Assembly: GCF_011386835.1 (NCBI RefSeq)
Contig: NC_088812.1
Location: 13,268,001-13,332,000 of the forward strand
Source of the DNA: Chrysemys picta bellii
Taxonomy: Eukaryota
Length of the DNA: 64,000 nt
Reading direction: 5' to 3'
Shown: positions 47,036 through 59,598 of the stretch, one piece after another
Layout: each line of letters opens with the position of its first letter
Numbering within the stretch: position 1 is the first letter of the stretch
The notes under the pieces: generated by a model
Databases searched by the model: none
What the model saw: only the letters and a program-made list of their open reading frames with translations
Told to the model about the DNA's origin: nothing
Made by a program: the position numbers and the translations under genes

Positions 47036-50000
47036 ACAGACTGGAGTAATGACAAAGGGGCAGGCACCAGCCTTCCCTTCCCCTGACCCGGGGCAGGGTG
47101 TTGCTTGCCCGTTAGTGTTTCAGTGTCCAAGCGTCTCTCTCTTTTTTGTTTTTTTTTTGCCACAAAGGCTTTTGCTTCACTGCTTTGATTCGGGTCTGCA
47201 GGCCTGTAACCGTGGGGCAGAGCCCCGCAGCGTTCCACACAGCTTCTGGGACATGTCAGAATGATGCCCGGATAGCTGCCTGCACCCAAGCCTGCTTGCC
47301 TCTTTGAAAAGCCTTCGTAGCAACCCCCAGACAGGTTCAGACCTGCAGTCCGTTTAGCCAGCACCAGGTGGTGCAGGGAAAGGCGTCCGACACCCCCTCT
47401 CCGACAACCAGGGGTTAAACTGTTCAGTTCGACATGAAGTCAGAAGTCAACCAGTGCTAACAAAGTTCGGGGCAGATTTAACCAAGAACTAGAATTCTGT
47501 CATTTCAACATCCGCTTCCTCTTTCAAACACCTTCCCTGGAGGGCCATATCCAGGGGCTGGGTCAAGCTTGGGGCCTCCCAGGGATGTCTGCATACAGCA
47601 CCCCTTAAACTGGTCAGCATGACACAGACCGCGGAGGGCAGCTCTCAGACGACGGTCTCGCCACCACTGGCTTTTTTCAGTGCCATGCGGTTTGACTGGG
47701 GCAGCAGTATTTGAAAGCGCTCGTCATGGCAGAGGTCAGCAGGGTTCCTTCTGCTCAGGAGATATGGTTGGTTCCCCGGGCGAGCTCTGGCACTGCCTGG
47801 AGGAACGCAGCCAGATGCCTTCAGGGCTCTGTCTCCATCCCCTGCACTCACATGCCCTGAGGACGTGCCGATGGGGGCGTTAAACCTCGACACTGAAACA
47901 ACCACCATTAGCTGCAGACGGGAAGGGATTCTGACGACCGTGCTAAAACGCAAGAACTTCCAAATGCGGCCAGGGCTGCTGCCCTCCTGGAAATCCCACC
48001 CCAGCCTAGAGCGCAAAGTCCGACGGGCGGAATCGGGACCGCGCCTGACTCTAATCAACGGATGAGCAAGAAACTTGCTTCATTCCCCAGGGCTCCCGGC
48101 ACAACGCCCTCGCCCCCTCAGACCGCACGCTCCTGCCTTCCTTGGGCACCCTCAGTCATCACGGCCCCCCCGCAAACCGACTCCTGGCGCGCTAGGCTAA
48201 GCGAGCAGCCTCTGCCTATTGCTCACTCCGCATCCCACCCTTTAGCACTAGTGTTCGTTTCCCAGGGCCCAGAAACGGAGAGCAGAGTACGGAGAAGGAC
48301 GACACTGTAGGGCTGTTATTGCACCCGGGGGTGGGGGGGGCGGAGAGGGGGGGTTTCAAAAAGGAACGTGAGGGGTCATTTCCCTAGGATGCTACATAAT
48401 ACTCCTAAGTGCTCTTCATCTTCAACACGCTTTACAGGCATTAACCGGTTAATCGTCACCAGGCTCCAGGGAGGTAGGTAGGCACCACAAGTATTACCGC
48501 CCCCATTTTACAGAGGGGGAAACTGAGGTGAAGCGACTTGCCCAAGGCCACAATGAAGTTAGTGTTAGCAGTGGGGTTCGAACCGAGGAACGCCTAGCCC
48601 CCAGGCCAGACCAACGCCGCTTCTCTGCGGGTGTCCACACTGCAGCGGCACCGAGCCTCCCAGCCCGGGGGGACAGACTCCCGATGGTTTTGCTCGAGCA
48701 GGTGCACTAAAAATAGCAGCGTGGATGTTGCGGCACCGGCGGCGGTTCCAACTAGTCACCCGAGCTCAGACCCGGGGCCCGCCTGAGCCGCGGCCAATGC
48801 CGCAATGTATTTTTAGCCTGCTACCTCGAGCGAAGCTAGGGCAAGTCAGCCCATTCCAGCTGCAACGTGGCAGAGAGCAGCTCCCTGGGTGGGGAGAGGC
48901 TGGCAGAGCGTTCAGAGTGTATGGAAGTGCCGGAGCCTGTCCACAGGCTCCCGTGGCTTCAAGCCCCGAGCGCTTCCAGGTTATGAGGTAGTACGAGTCA
49001 CCTAGGCTGCTACATGTCATATTCATGCCTTTCCACTCCACGCCCCAGGGCAGTGACGCTGGAAAAGCCACCCCGAACCCCACCAGCGGGCATGTGTGAA
49101 AAGCAACAGCGTTACCCGGTGAAAGCAGAAGGGGCAAACTTACGTCGGCACCGACTACGTCCTTCGATAGAAACCACGTCACAGACGCGGTGGCCGTTCC
49201 GTTACTGCGGGGTAGGGGGGCTAACCCTGTAGCGGGGAGAACGCTCCTCCTGCAAAGACACCTTCCCAGGAGTTAAGGCAACGGTTTCTTTTCACCCTCA
49301 TCCTAGAGGGCTTTGCACGGGCCCTAGCACCATTCGCACAGGGATGTCCGATGCTCTCCACACCCCAACCCCCAGACTGCTGCGCTACTGACTTCGGGAG
49401 GGCGGGGTGAGCTACAGATCTGTGCCGCGGCATCGTTAACGTGCTACTGCAGGCCGCAGAATCCCAGGACTTGGAGGGGATGATCTCCGCTAAAGACATT
49501 TCTCTTCGGTCTGGGTGGGAGGGCAGGGGGGAGAACAAGGGCGAAACCAGCCCTTCTGCCCGCGTTTGCTACGTGCTTCCCCTGGCTCAGTGACTCTGCA
49601 GAGAGGGTAAATTGTTCCCTCCTGACAAGCTAGCCTAGTTTATGGAGAGAGACCTCCTCTTTTCTCCAAAGCAGCTCTGCCCCTGAGCTTGGGCTGCTCT
49701 GGGATTCCTTCATTTCCCTGGCTCTCAAATGTGACTTTTCAACTTCAGAAGTGGTACGAGGGGGTGGGGGTGGAGGAGGGAACAATCGGCAACTGTGGCC
49801 CTGGCTCAGACGGGCGGCTAGAAGTTGCACTAATCCCCCTTTCAAGCACCGAGTCGAACTCCTGGCGCGCCCCCCGTTGCCTGCCAGTCCCCCCAGCCCC
49901 AAGGCCAGTAGCAGCAAAGCCTAGAAGAAAACCAATTAGTGTTTTTGTGTCCACCACCTTCCCGTCCCGGCTCCACTGAGGCCGGCTGTCAGGGTAATAG

Positions 50001-50335
50001 CAGCATAAAGCTAGATGTGATCTCAAACCGCGGGAGGCCAGGCTAGGGTTAACCGGCTCGACATTTATCAGCTCCAAAACCCGGGAAGAAATGCCAACCC
50101 ACGGAACTCAGCGGCCTCTAAGGGGACTGGAGGTAAGTAAAGAGAACGGGCGTCTTGGTTTACCTCACGCGCTGTTAACTTGAAGGACGCCGACAGAAAA
50201 ATCCCCAGGCAAGGCCAAAAAAAAAAAAAAAAAGGAGAATTCCATCCACAACGTCCGACCGTTAAAACTGGGGGGGGGGGGAAGTCACCGCTTTGTAATT
50301 AGTGTTTGCTCCCCCACCCCACCAGCGCCGCCCAA

Positions 50336-52471
50336 TCAGCTATCTGTGTTTTTCTCCACGTCTTTGGAATGGATTATGTACATGAACGTCTGTTCGATGG
50401 TGAAATCGGGCGGCAGGCTGCCTTTGTGGACACCGACGTGCTTGCTCATGAGGTTTAAGGTGGAGCTGTAGTGCCCACACACAGTGCATCGGTACATGAG
50501 GGCCCCCGAGTGCGTCTTCAGGTGGCACTTGATGGTGGAGCGGCCGCGGAAGAATTTGTGACACACTTTGCACTGGTAAGGCTTTTCTCCCGTGTGGATC
50601 CTCCGGTGGTAGTTGAACTCGCTCGTGTGGGCAAACCTCTTCCCGCAGACCTTGCAGCTGTACTTACTGTTTCCTGGCTGGTTCTGCAGGGCCAGGTCCT
50701 CGCTCAGGAATTCCTCCGGCAGCTTCCTCTTCTGGAGGGCTTGCTGCTGGAGCCGGTCTCCGAAGCTGGGCCGGACGACATCCAGGCTGCCGCCACACTT
50801 GTGCTGGCTGACGTGGTAGCGGTAAGCCGCTTCCAGTTTGAAGCTCTGGCCGCAGAAATGGCACCGGAAGAGAGCCTCTTCCATGCTCTGATGGACGGCC
50901 ATGTGCTTCTCCAGCAGATGCCGGTCCACGAAGCTGTTAGCGCAGATGGAGCAGGAGAAGACCGAGATGCCCAGGTGGGACAGCGTGTGCCACATCAGGC
51001 TGCAGAGGTTGAGCTGCCGCTGGTCGCACACGCCACATGTTTGGCCTTTCAAGTTCATGTGGTCCAGGATGTGGCCGCGGACGGTGTGGAAATCTTTGGC
51101 CAGTGGCTTCCCGCAGGCGGTGCATACCAGCTCCGAGCCGGGCCCTCCACCAAACAGGTTGATCTTGCTGGGCAGTGGGTCGCTGGGGTGGACGATGACG
51201 TTGTTGTCGAACACGCCCTCTCTCCGGTGGAGGGTGAGCTGCCATTGGGTGAAGAACTTGGTCTCACACATGTCGCAGGAGAAGAGGAAGATCCCAATGT
51301 GGGACAGGACGTGGGTGACCCGGGAATTCCGGTCCTGGAAGTGGGTCTCGCAGACCTTGCAGTTGCCGGTGAGCAGGTCCACGTGGTCCCTCGCATGCTG
51401 GCGGATCAGCTGGATGTTGGGTTCCAGGACCTTCTTGCACACCTGGCAGGGCATGGCCTTGCTCTCCCGGCTGTCGTTCTCAAAGGCCAGCTCCTCCTCA
51501 CTGTCGTCGCTCAGCTCGATGACCTCCTCCACCGGGCCCAGCTCTTCGCTGGCGTCTTCGAAGTGCAGCTCGTCTGCCCCTAGGTCCTCCAGCTGCAGCT
51601 CATCCATCTGCCCGAAGCCCTGGTCTTTGGAATGGTCACTGTTGCTGGGGCAGGAGTTGCTCCCGGTGGAGATGTCCAGCGAGGTGTCAGCTGCGAAAAA
51701 GCTGGTCTTGCTGAAGTCCCCGTTGTTCTGGATCTTATAGGGCTGGCAGGTACTTGCAGTGGTTTGAACGGCCATGTTGACGTTGCCCAGGCTGGGTTGA
51801 GACACCACGTTGGTGGCAGAAGCAAACTGCCCCGTCAGTTCCTGCTCTTCTGTCTTTGGAGGTGGTTGATGCATCAAAGGCAGGTTATGGCCGGCTTCAC
51901 TCATGGGATTCCTGTCATCCTCTTTGTAACCACCTGCCACTTCCCCGTGCAAGATGCAATTCCGCTCAGAGCCAAAGTGCTCCCCACTGCTCCGGAGTTC
52001 ACCCAGGGAATGGTTTGGTTCTGTCGCCGTGCCGCCCAAAGGGCCTGAACGACCTTCTCCCGACCCAGAGGGCTGCTTGGTAACGGCCGAGCTCTCCAAG
52101 TCGGGGAAGGTGGAATGACAGGCCTTGAGCAGATCGTCCATGCCCAGCCTCTCCGCCACCTCGTATATGACGCCCACGTTGATAAGGTCCGTGAAGAGCT
52201 CAGAGGTGTAGACGAAGCTCAGGATCTTCTCAAAGTTGGCCGGCGTGATGAAGTCCACCACGTAGGTCCTGGCAGCATCCAGCCCCGTGTTCAGGAAGAG
52301 GTTCTGGAAGTAGCCGGCCGCACAGGCCAGCACCGCTTTGTGTGCGGCGAAGGAGCGGCTCCCCACCACAATGGTGACGTCGCACATGGTTTCCGACAGC
52401 CTGCACTTGTTGAGTTCCTTCAGCAGGTTGTTGGGGTGATCGGTGCTGTGTAGCTTGATCCTCATGCCCAT
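50336..52471 (-). CDS. ZBTB39: Zinc finger and BTB domain-containing protein 39, 711 aa, single coding exon
   Basis: N-terminus MGMRIKLHSTDHPNNLLKELNKCRLSETMCDVTIVVG (BTB domain) matches ZBTB39 as I recall it; C-terminal C2H2 fingers with HTGEKPY linker; acceptor TTTCCTTTCTTTAG at 52568-52567; synteny. Confidence 0.96.
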   Translation of the reverse strand: MGMRIKLHSTDHPNNLLKELNKCRLSETMCDVTIVVGSRSFAAHKAVLACAAGYFQNLFLNTGLDAARTYVVDFITPANFEKILSFVYTSELFTDLINVGVIYEVAERLGMDDLLKACHSTFPDLESSAVTKQPSGSGEGRSGPLGGTATEPNHSLGELRSSGEHFGSERNCILHGEVAGGYKEDDRNPMSEAGHNLPLMHQPPPKTEEQELTGQFASATNVVSQPSLGNVNMAVQTTASTCQPYKIQNNGDFSKTSFFAADTSLDISTGSNSCPSNSDHSKDQGFGQMDELQLEDLGADELHFEDASEELGPVEEVIELSDDSEEELAFENDSRESKAMPCQVCKKVLEPNIQLIRQHARDHVDLLTGNCKVCETHFQDRNSRVTHVLSHIGIFLFSCDMCETKFFTQWQLTLHRREGVFDNNVIVHPSDPLPSKINLFGGGPGSELVCTACGKPLAKDFHTVRGHILDHMNLKGQTCGVCDQRQLNLCSLMWHTLSHLGISVFSCSICANSFVDRHLLEKHMAVHQSMEEALFRCHFCGQSFKLEAAYRYHVSQHKCGGSLDVVRPSFGDRLQQQALQKRKLPEEFLSEDLALQNQPGNSKYSCKVCGKRFAHTSEFNYHRRIHTGEKPYQCKVCHKFFRGRSTIKCHLKTHSGALMYRCTVCGHYSSTLNLMSKHVGVHKGSLPPDFTIEQTFMYIIHSKDVEKNTDS

Positions 52472-55261
52472 CTTAGCAGTTGGTCAAGAGTCCCTCCTCC
52501 TGGTCAGCTTCTTATTCATTCGTTGGCCAGGCACTTCGCATCCAGCGGCTGGCAGGGCGAGGGGCTCTAAAGAAAGGAAAATGCAAGAGTTTACACGTCG
52601 GACTCATCGCCGGTTTGCGGTGAAACGTCCCGGCATGTTTCAGGCTTATGTGAGAAGTAGCCAGGGAACAAGACGGCTGCACTGGTGGAGATTCTCTCTC
52701 CAATTACCCATTCAAAAGAAACAGAGAGGTGAGGGGGCATGTCACAACTCAAAGGCCAGAGAGAAGTGGCTGCATCCTTGCTCCTCCCCCTAAATGGGAG
52801 CGTGTAATATGGCATAACGATTATGATGTCGGGACTCGAGACCTGCTGAATTCTATACACACACGTAAATTCTTTAGGTTTTTAAGACCAGGTTAGAAAA
52901 ACGTGCCAGGGATGGTCTTGGTATCCTTAATCCTGTCTCGGCACGAGGGGGCATCATCTCGAGGTTCCTTCCGGCCCTACATTTCTAGGATTCCATTCTG
53001 TGTAGGTTCTTACGCTGACCTCAGCACTAATATCTGGTCCACGCTTCAAAGCTAGGTTGATGTAGGTTAGGGGCTCAGGGGTGTGAAAAACTCACGCCTC
53101 TGAGAGCCGTCAAGGATTCTGCCTCTTGGAGAGGCGGACGACCAACAGCGATGGAAACCCCCCCCCTTCTGTGGCAGTAGGAAGCATCTACACTACGGTG
53201 CTACAGTGCTGCACTTGCAGTGTAGACGTGGCTTGAGTGTCTTCCAGTTCTGCGTTACGTGACATGTCTAGCACCTACATTTTGCTCTGTACAATTTAGA
53301 AGGTATAAAGATACCAATGGAATAAAGAAGCAGTGAAGGGTTAAGGATTTCTCTTTCCCCTCTCGTGAGAGGGGCATACTAGATATTTTTTTCTACTGCT
53401 TTGACTACACACAAACTGGCTCTGATCTCAGTTAAACCAGTGAAATGTCTGTATGTAGACAATGCCTAAGGAATGACTCCTATTCTTATCTCGCTGAGAT
53501 CCAAAATACCCCCGGGCAATTCACACTTCACCATCCGAATTGGCAGAAGTTAAAAATCCAAGAACTGCCACCACAGAATAGACTAGTGGTCGGGCCAGTC
53601 TGGTATCTCACCTGAGGTTCATGAGTGACCCTAGTTTAAGATCTTGCCGCAACATAAGGAATCAAAAATAAAAGTCTGCAACTTTAAGAAGCGTGTGAAA
53701 AACTTTGAGCAGGTTCTCTCCTTCGCCTCCTGTGTCTGGGCTACGCTACAGCTATTATTAAACATTGTCAGCTCCCTGCCGCAAAAAGCAAACGGGAGTA
53801 AACACAACAAGCAACCCCCAGGTAGCCCCCCGGCGGAGTCCCTTTGATTGGCCTAGATGAGAGAGGCTCAAATAGGGGCTCAAGTCAAAGGTGCAAAAAG
53901 ACCAAATAAAAACCCTTGCCACGAAAAGTAATGTACTTTGCCAGTCACTATCTGAGCTCCTGTTTCTATAGGGGTCTCTCTGTCTCCCAGCACAACTTCT
54001 CTAGCAGTTCTGTAGTAGCCTCGGTAGCTATCTTTATAAATCCGCAACCTGGATCGCAGACTCCTACCTCGCTGGCTGTGCACTCACTTCTAGCCATTAC
54101 AGTTCTGTAGATTCCTTCTGCCCACTGAATATCTCCAGATCCTCCCCCTGCCCCAACACACTTTCGTTTGCCAGGTTGGATCTCATGTCAGGTCTTGTCC
54201 CTAGTTCTTAACTCTTTAAATCTCTTTGAATTATTTCTCTGCTCTCACCGGCATTTGCCACACCTTTCTATGTAGTATAGCCTGCGATTGTCCGCCGTCT
54301 TTCCGGACCATCATTACAGAAGACTGGACGTGTGATAGCAATCTCTGCAAGACCCAACCAGGCCACCCCAACTCAGCCTGCACCCCCTTTTTGTTTGTGA
54401 GCTGTTGGACAGTTTTCAAATCGGACAGACTACTCAGTATCGAAACGTCTCGCTGGCAGCATCACGCTTTGAACCTCAGCCCTGCCAGCCTGTTCTCAAT
54501 TTTTCCAGGACACCAAAGGAGACAAGGGGAAGATCCAGATACGGAGCGGGGAGGCGACACAGGAAGTCCAAGGTTGCTTCAGTTCAGAAGCAGCGAAAGA
54601 GGGTGTCCCAGTTTGCAGACTCTTAGCCCCCCGGGGGATTTTCTTAAATAGGGAATCTTGGAAAAGGAAAAGAAAAGCCACCCTGATCAATAATTTATCA
54701 GGGAAATGGGAGATCAAGGGGGCTGCTCTGTTTGGATCTCAGAGCGTGCAATGCTACCCCTGAACCTAACAGGGCAGGTCACCCCAGATCCCATTAATGT
54801 TGCCTATAGCAGCTGCTTCTCCTGCTTTGCACATGCACAACCTGGGGTTTGCCTGTTTATGATGTGCTTTTCTTCCCTCTGCTAGAGAGTGAATACCCCA
54901 GAGGCCAAAAGAGGGGATGGGGTCCTCAGGATACAGGGGGGAACAGATAGGGGGAGGGGGAAAAGATGAAGGGGGGCTGCCTTCTATCATGAGAGGTGGG
55001 AAGAGAGGGAGTAGGGAAAGCGGGAAGATGGGGTGAGCCACCCGGGCTCTCCCCCTTGGTGTACGTGTGTCGGGGGGGGGGGGGGGAATAGGGGCTCTTC
55101 TCCATCGCAGGGCTTGGGGGGGATGGATGAAAGGGTGGGAAGGGACATGGCAGGGGAATGGGGCAATCCAGCAGGAGGCGGACAGGGCGAGAGGGGGCTC
55201 TTTACCAGGGATGGGGGGAGGGATTTGGAGGATAAGGGGGCTTTGGGGGCCGGTGCGCCCA

Positions 55262-55930
55262 TCGGTGGGGGGGTGACGGGGGGGCAGGAGGGGGCGGGGC
55301 GGGGTCCCGCGGGGGGCGGGGGGATAACGGGGGGGGCAGGAGGGGGGCGGGGCGGGTGACGGGGGGAGGGGCGGGGGGGGGCAGGAGAGGGGAGGGGGCG
55401 GGGGGTCCCGCGGGGGGAGGGGCGGGGGGTGATGGAGGGGGCAGGAGGGGACGGGGCGGGTGACGGGGGGGTCCCGCGGGGGGAGGGGGGATAACGGAGG
55501 GGGCGGGGCGGGGGGGGTCCCGCGGGGGGAGGGGCGGGTGACGGGGGGCAGGAGGGGGCGGGGCGGGGTCCCGCGGGGGGCAGGAGGGGGCGGGGCGGGT
55601 GACGGGGGGGAGGGGCGGGGGGGCAGGAGGGGGGCGGGGCGGGTGACGGGGGGGTCCCGCGGGGGGAGGGGGGATAACGGAGGGGGCGGGGCGGGGGGGG
55701 TCCCGCGGGGGGAGGGGCGGGTGACGGGGGGCAGGAGGGGGCGGGGCGGGGTCCCGCGGGGGGCAGGAGGGGGCGGGGCGGGTGACGGGGGGGAGGGGCG
55801 GGGGGGCAGGAGGGGGGCGGGGCGGGTGACGGGGGGGTCCCGCGGGGGGAGGGGCGGGGGGGACAGGAGGGGGCGGGGCGGGGGGTCCCGCGGGGGGAGG
55901 GGGGATAACGGAGGGGGCGGGGCGGGGTCC
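55262..55930 (+). repeat. G-rich minisatellite with a 183-bp higher-order period
   Basis: Units start at 55461, 55644 and 55827; subunits such as GGGGGTCCCGCGGGGGGAGG and GGGGCGGGTGACGGGG. Confidence 0.9.
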
Positions 55931-55938
55931 CCCCTTAC

Positions 55939-56140
55939 CCGGCCGGCTCCCGGCACCAGCCCCGCTCGGCTCCACACAAAGGCTCCGACCCCCCCGCTCC
56001 GTCCGCCCGGCCCCGCCGAGGAGGCGCCGCGCCCGGCCCGGCAAGAGGCGTCATCCGGCCCCGCGCAGCGCCCCGAGCCCGCCCGGCCCAGCGCCGCCCC
56101 TGCCCCGGAGGGGGACTGCAGCGGGGGGGCGCGGAGCGGG
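55939..56140 (-). promoter_or_regulatory. CpG island with probable non-coding exon 1/TSS of ZBTB39
   Basis: CpG-dense unique island between two G-rich arrays; strong minus-strand donor CGG|GTAAGG at 55938. The TSS position is unknown. Confidence 0.6.
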
Positions 56141-56975
56141 GGCGGGGGCAGGAGGAGTGGGGGGGCGGGGCGCAGGAATAGGGGAGCGGGGGCGGGGCTG
56201 GGGGCAGGAGGAGTGGGGGGGTGAAGGCGCAGGAACAGGGGAGCTGGGGGTGGGGCTGGGGGCAGGAGGAGTGGGGTGAAGGCGCAGGAACAGGGGAGCT
56301 GGGGGCGGGGCTGGGGGCAGGAGGAGTGGGGTGAAGGCGCAGGAACAGGGGAGCTGGGGGCGGGGCTGGGGGCAGGAGGAGTGGGGTGAAGGGAACAAGA
56401 ACAGGGGAGCGGGGGGCGGGGCTGGGGGCAGGAGGAGTGGGGTGAAGGGGCAGGAACAGGGGAGCTGGGGGTGGGGCTGGGGGCAGGAGGAGTGGGGGGG
56501 GAAGGGACAAGAACAGGGGAGCGGGGGGCGGGGCTGGGGGCAGGAGGAGTGGGGGGGAAGGGACAAGAACAGGGGAGCTGGGGGCGGGGCTGGGGGCAGG
56601 AGGAGTGGGGTGAAGGGGCAGGAACAGGGGAGCTGGGGGCGGGGCTGGGGGCAGGAGGAGTGGGGTGAAGGGAACAAGAACAGGGGAGCGGGGGCGGGGC
56701 TGGGGGCAGGAGGAGTGGGGGGAAGGGGCAGGAACAGGGGAGCTGGGGGCGGGGCTGGGGGCAGGAGGAGTGGGGTGAAGGGGACAAGAACAGGGGAGCG
56801 GGGGGCGGGGCTGGGGGCAGGAGGAGTGGGGGGAAGGGGCAGGAACAGGGGAGCTGGGGGTGGGGCTTGCGGCAGGAGGAGTGGGGGGAAGGGGCAGGAA
56901 CAGGGGAGCTGGGGGTGGGGCTTGGGGCAGGAGGAGTGGGGGTGAAGGGGCAGGAACAGGGGAGCTGGGGGGCGG
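56140..56975 (+). repeat. G-rich minisatellite, ~55-bp unit, about 15 copies
   Basis: I counted 15 occurrences of GCAGGAGGAGTGGG; unit GCAGGAGGAGTGGGGTGAAGG(C/G)GCAGGAACAGGGGAGCTGGGGGCGGGGCTGGGG. Confidence 0.9.
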
Positions 56976-58257
56976 GAGTAGGGAGAGCTGAGGGAAGTTG
57001 AGGGGGCAGGTGATGGGGGACGAGGCTCGAGTCAGGTGACGAGGGAGCGCTCAGGTGATGGGGTAGCATCCAGTGTGGGGTTTGGAGAAGCTGGGGGCGG
57101 GGCAGTGAGGAAGGAGTGGGGATCAGGGGAGCTGGGGGCAGTCAGGCCGGGGTCACCTGAGAGGAGGATCTGCAGAGGGTGCAGTGCTCCCTGTGCCCCC
57201 CAACCACAAAGCAAGCTGGGGGACACTGTGGGGGCGGGATGGAGACTGGGGGACATGGGGAGGAGGACGACTGGGCCCTGGAGAAGGTGCAAGCAAGGAC
57301 AGAGCAGGAACCACCCCCGGCCTGGCTCTTCTGGGGCCAGCAGGAACGCCTTAAGGCTGGGGTGGGGGGCAGAGCTCCTGGCGCGGGGGCGTCTGGGGAT
57401 CCCAGCCATGACTGCTAGAACCAGCTGCCTTTTCACCAATCCTCCTGCTGCCAGATGCGTGGGCCTGGGCCCACTCCCACAGCCTGGGGCGGAGCCGAAC
57501 AAGGGGCCAGGGAGGAGAAACACAGCCCCCGGCCTCTATCTAGGCTTGCCAACCCTTCAGGTTTGGCCCGGAGTCTCCCGGAATCGGCATCGATCTCCCG
57601 GTGACGATTGGAAGCAATCCGGGAGATTGAGCACCCTGCCGTGTCATTCACGCACGTTGACCGCCTCTGCAGCCCGCCGGCCAGCGTTTGGCACGGTGTC
57701 GCTGACTGGGTCCGTCTGAAAACCCCCGCACGGAGCCACTTGCAGAGCACCTAAAGTAATTTGACTTCTGGACCGTCTGAGTCACATGAGACCCCAACTA
57801 CCAGCCAAAGCGGGTGAGCCAGAAAAGACCCTGGACTTGCCCTGAGCTGGACACCAGATCCGTGCCTTTGGCAAATCCCACCTTTCAGACAGTCGCTGGC
57901 CGGTTCCCACCGCATTCTGGTGTCAGAGCTGCGGGAGGAACCAAATTCGCAAGAGGGCAGCGTGGTTGCATCAAACAAGCCCATGGCACCCGCTAGCAGC
58001 AACTGCCCGGCTTATCCCAGTCTTAACTGCGCCTGCCTCCCACTCCAGAGGGAAGCCTGGCTTTTAAAATGCAATGCACCTCTGATTTCTACACGGCCGT
58101 GGGAGGCTGGGCCTGAGGCTAAACGAATCTTCCTGTGGATCTGAATTTTGTATTGTTTAGGCTTTTGGTAGTTAACCGCTTCTGCACTGCACACCTGTGA
58201 GCTTCACAATGCAGCCCCAGGGAGCATCCCCTGGTGACAGGTGTCTTAGGTGTTTCT

Positions 58258-58610
58258 CATAAGAACGGCCGTACTGGGTCAGACCAAAGGTCTATCTAGC
58301 CCAGTATCCTGTCTGCCGACAGTGGCCAATGCCAGGTGCCCCAGAGGGAGTGAACCCAACAGGCAACGATCAAGTGATCTCTCTCCTGCCATCCATCTCC
58401 ACCCTCTGACAAACAGAGGCTAGGGACACCCTTCCTTACCTGTCCTGGCTAATAGCCATTAATGGCCTTAACCTCCATGAATTTATCCAGTTCTCTTTTA
58501 AACCCTGTTATAGACCTAGCCTTCACAACCTCCTCAGGCAAGGAGTTCCACAAGTTGACTGTGCGCTATGTGAAGAAGAACGTCCTTTTATTTGTTTTAA
58601 ACCTGCTGCC
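58258..58610 (-). mobile_element. CR1 3' fragment, same subfamily as 9041-12565
   Basis: Reverse complement aligns with 12215-12565 (GGTCTGACCCAGTACGGCCGTTCTTATG end). Confidence 0.88.
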
Positions 58611-59093
58611 TCCGGTTGGACAGAGAGGCGGAAAATCCACTCTTGTGGCATTCGAGAATTTATTCCGGCTCCTTGACAACCGTGCTCAAGGTAAAGATGA
58701 CGGATCAAGTTCTGTACTCCGTTCCCCGCCCTTTGGGAGCAAAAGTCGCAGAAAGCACACCTTTGGCATTGTTCTTACCCTAATTACAGCTGTTCTGCTG
58801 CAGCAACGAAGGAGTTAAACGATGGCCAGCGGCCATTTCTATTCGCCACTCCGCTAATAAAATTCATCCTGGCTCTGAACTTGCCAGGATCACCTCTTAG
58901 CTGATTAGAGGGAAAGGACAGTTTGAAAGGGTGGGGGAGTTAAACCGAAAGGTCTGGGCCAGAGTCCCGCTCAGTCAGCAAGTTAGCAAAGTGGGGAGAA
59001 AAAAGGCAGTTTGTGAACTTCCAGGAGATGCATCTTAAAGGCTTTCCTGAAACGGACAATGCTTACACATCCAGGAAGTGTTACGGGTGAATA

Positions 59094-59598
59094 CCAGTTG
59101 ACTTTGGGCCCCACACTACAAGAAGGATGTAGAAAAATTGGAAAGAGTCCAGCGGAGTGCAACAAAAATGATTAGGGGGCTGGAGCACATGACTTATGAG
59201 GAGAGGCTGAGGGAACTGGGATTGTTTAGTCTGCAGAAGAGAAGAAGGAGGGGGGATTTGATAGCTGCTTTCAACTACCTGAAAGGGGAGTTCCAAAGAG
59301 GATGGATCTAGACTGTTCTCAGTGGTGGCAGATGACAGAACAAGGAGCGATGGTCTCAAGTTGCAGTGCGGGAGGTTTAGGTTGGATATTAGGAAAAACT
59401 TTTTCACTAGGAGGGTGGTGAAGCACTGGAATGGGTTCCCTAGGGAGGTGGTGGAATTGCCTTCCTTAGAGGTATTTAAGGCCCGGCTTGACAAAGCCCT
59501 GGCTGGGATGATTTAGTTGGGGATTGGTTCTGCTTTGAGCAGGGGGTTGGACTAGATACCTCCTGAGGTCCCTTCCAAACTGCTATTCTATGATTCTA
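59094..59598 (+). mobile_element. CR1 3' end (PsCR1-like), same subfamily as 43796-44368
   Basis: GRFRLDIRKNFFTRRVVKHWNG...RLDKALAGMI; (ATTCTATG)n tail. Confidence 0.92.

Noticed and set aside
50471-51583. 370-aa and 279-aa plus-strand ORFs over ZBTB39
   Set aside because: Antisense shadows of a GC3-rich coding sequence.
54766-57069. 767-aa Pro-rich ORF and overlapping Gly-rich ORFs
   Set aside because: They are translations of the G/C minisatellites, which lack stop codons; there are no domain features.
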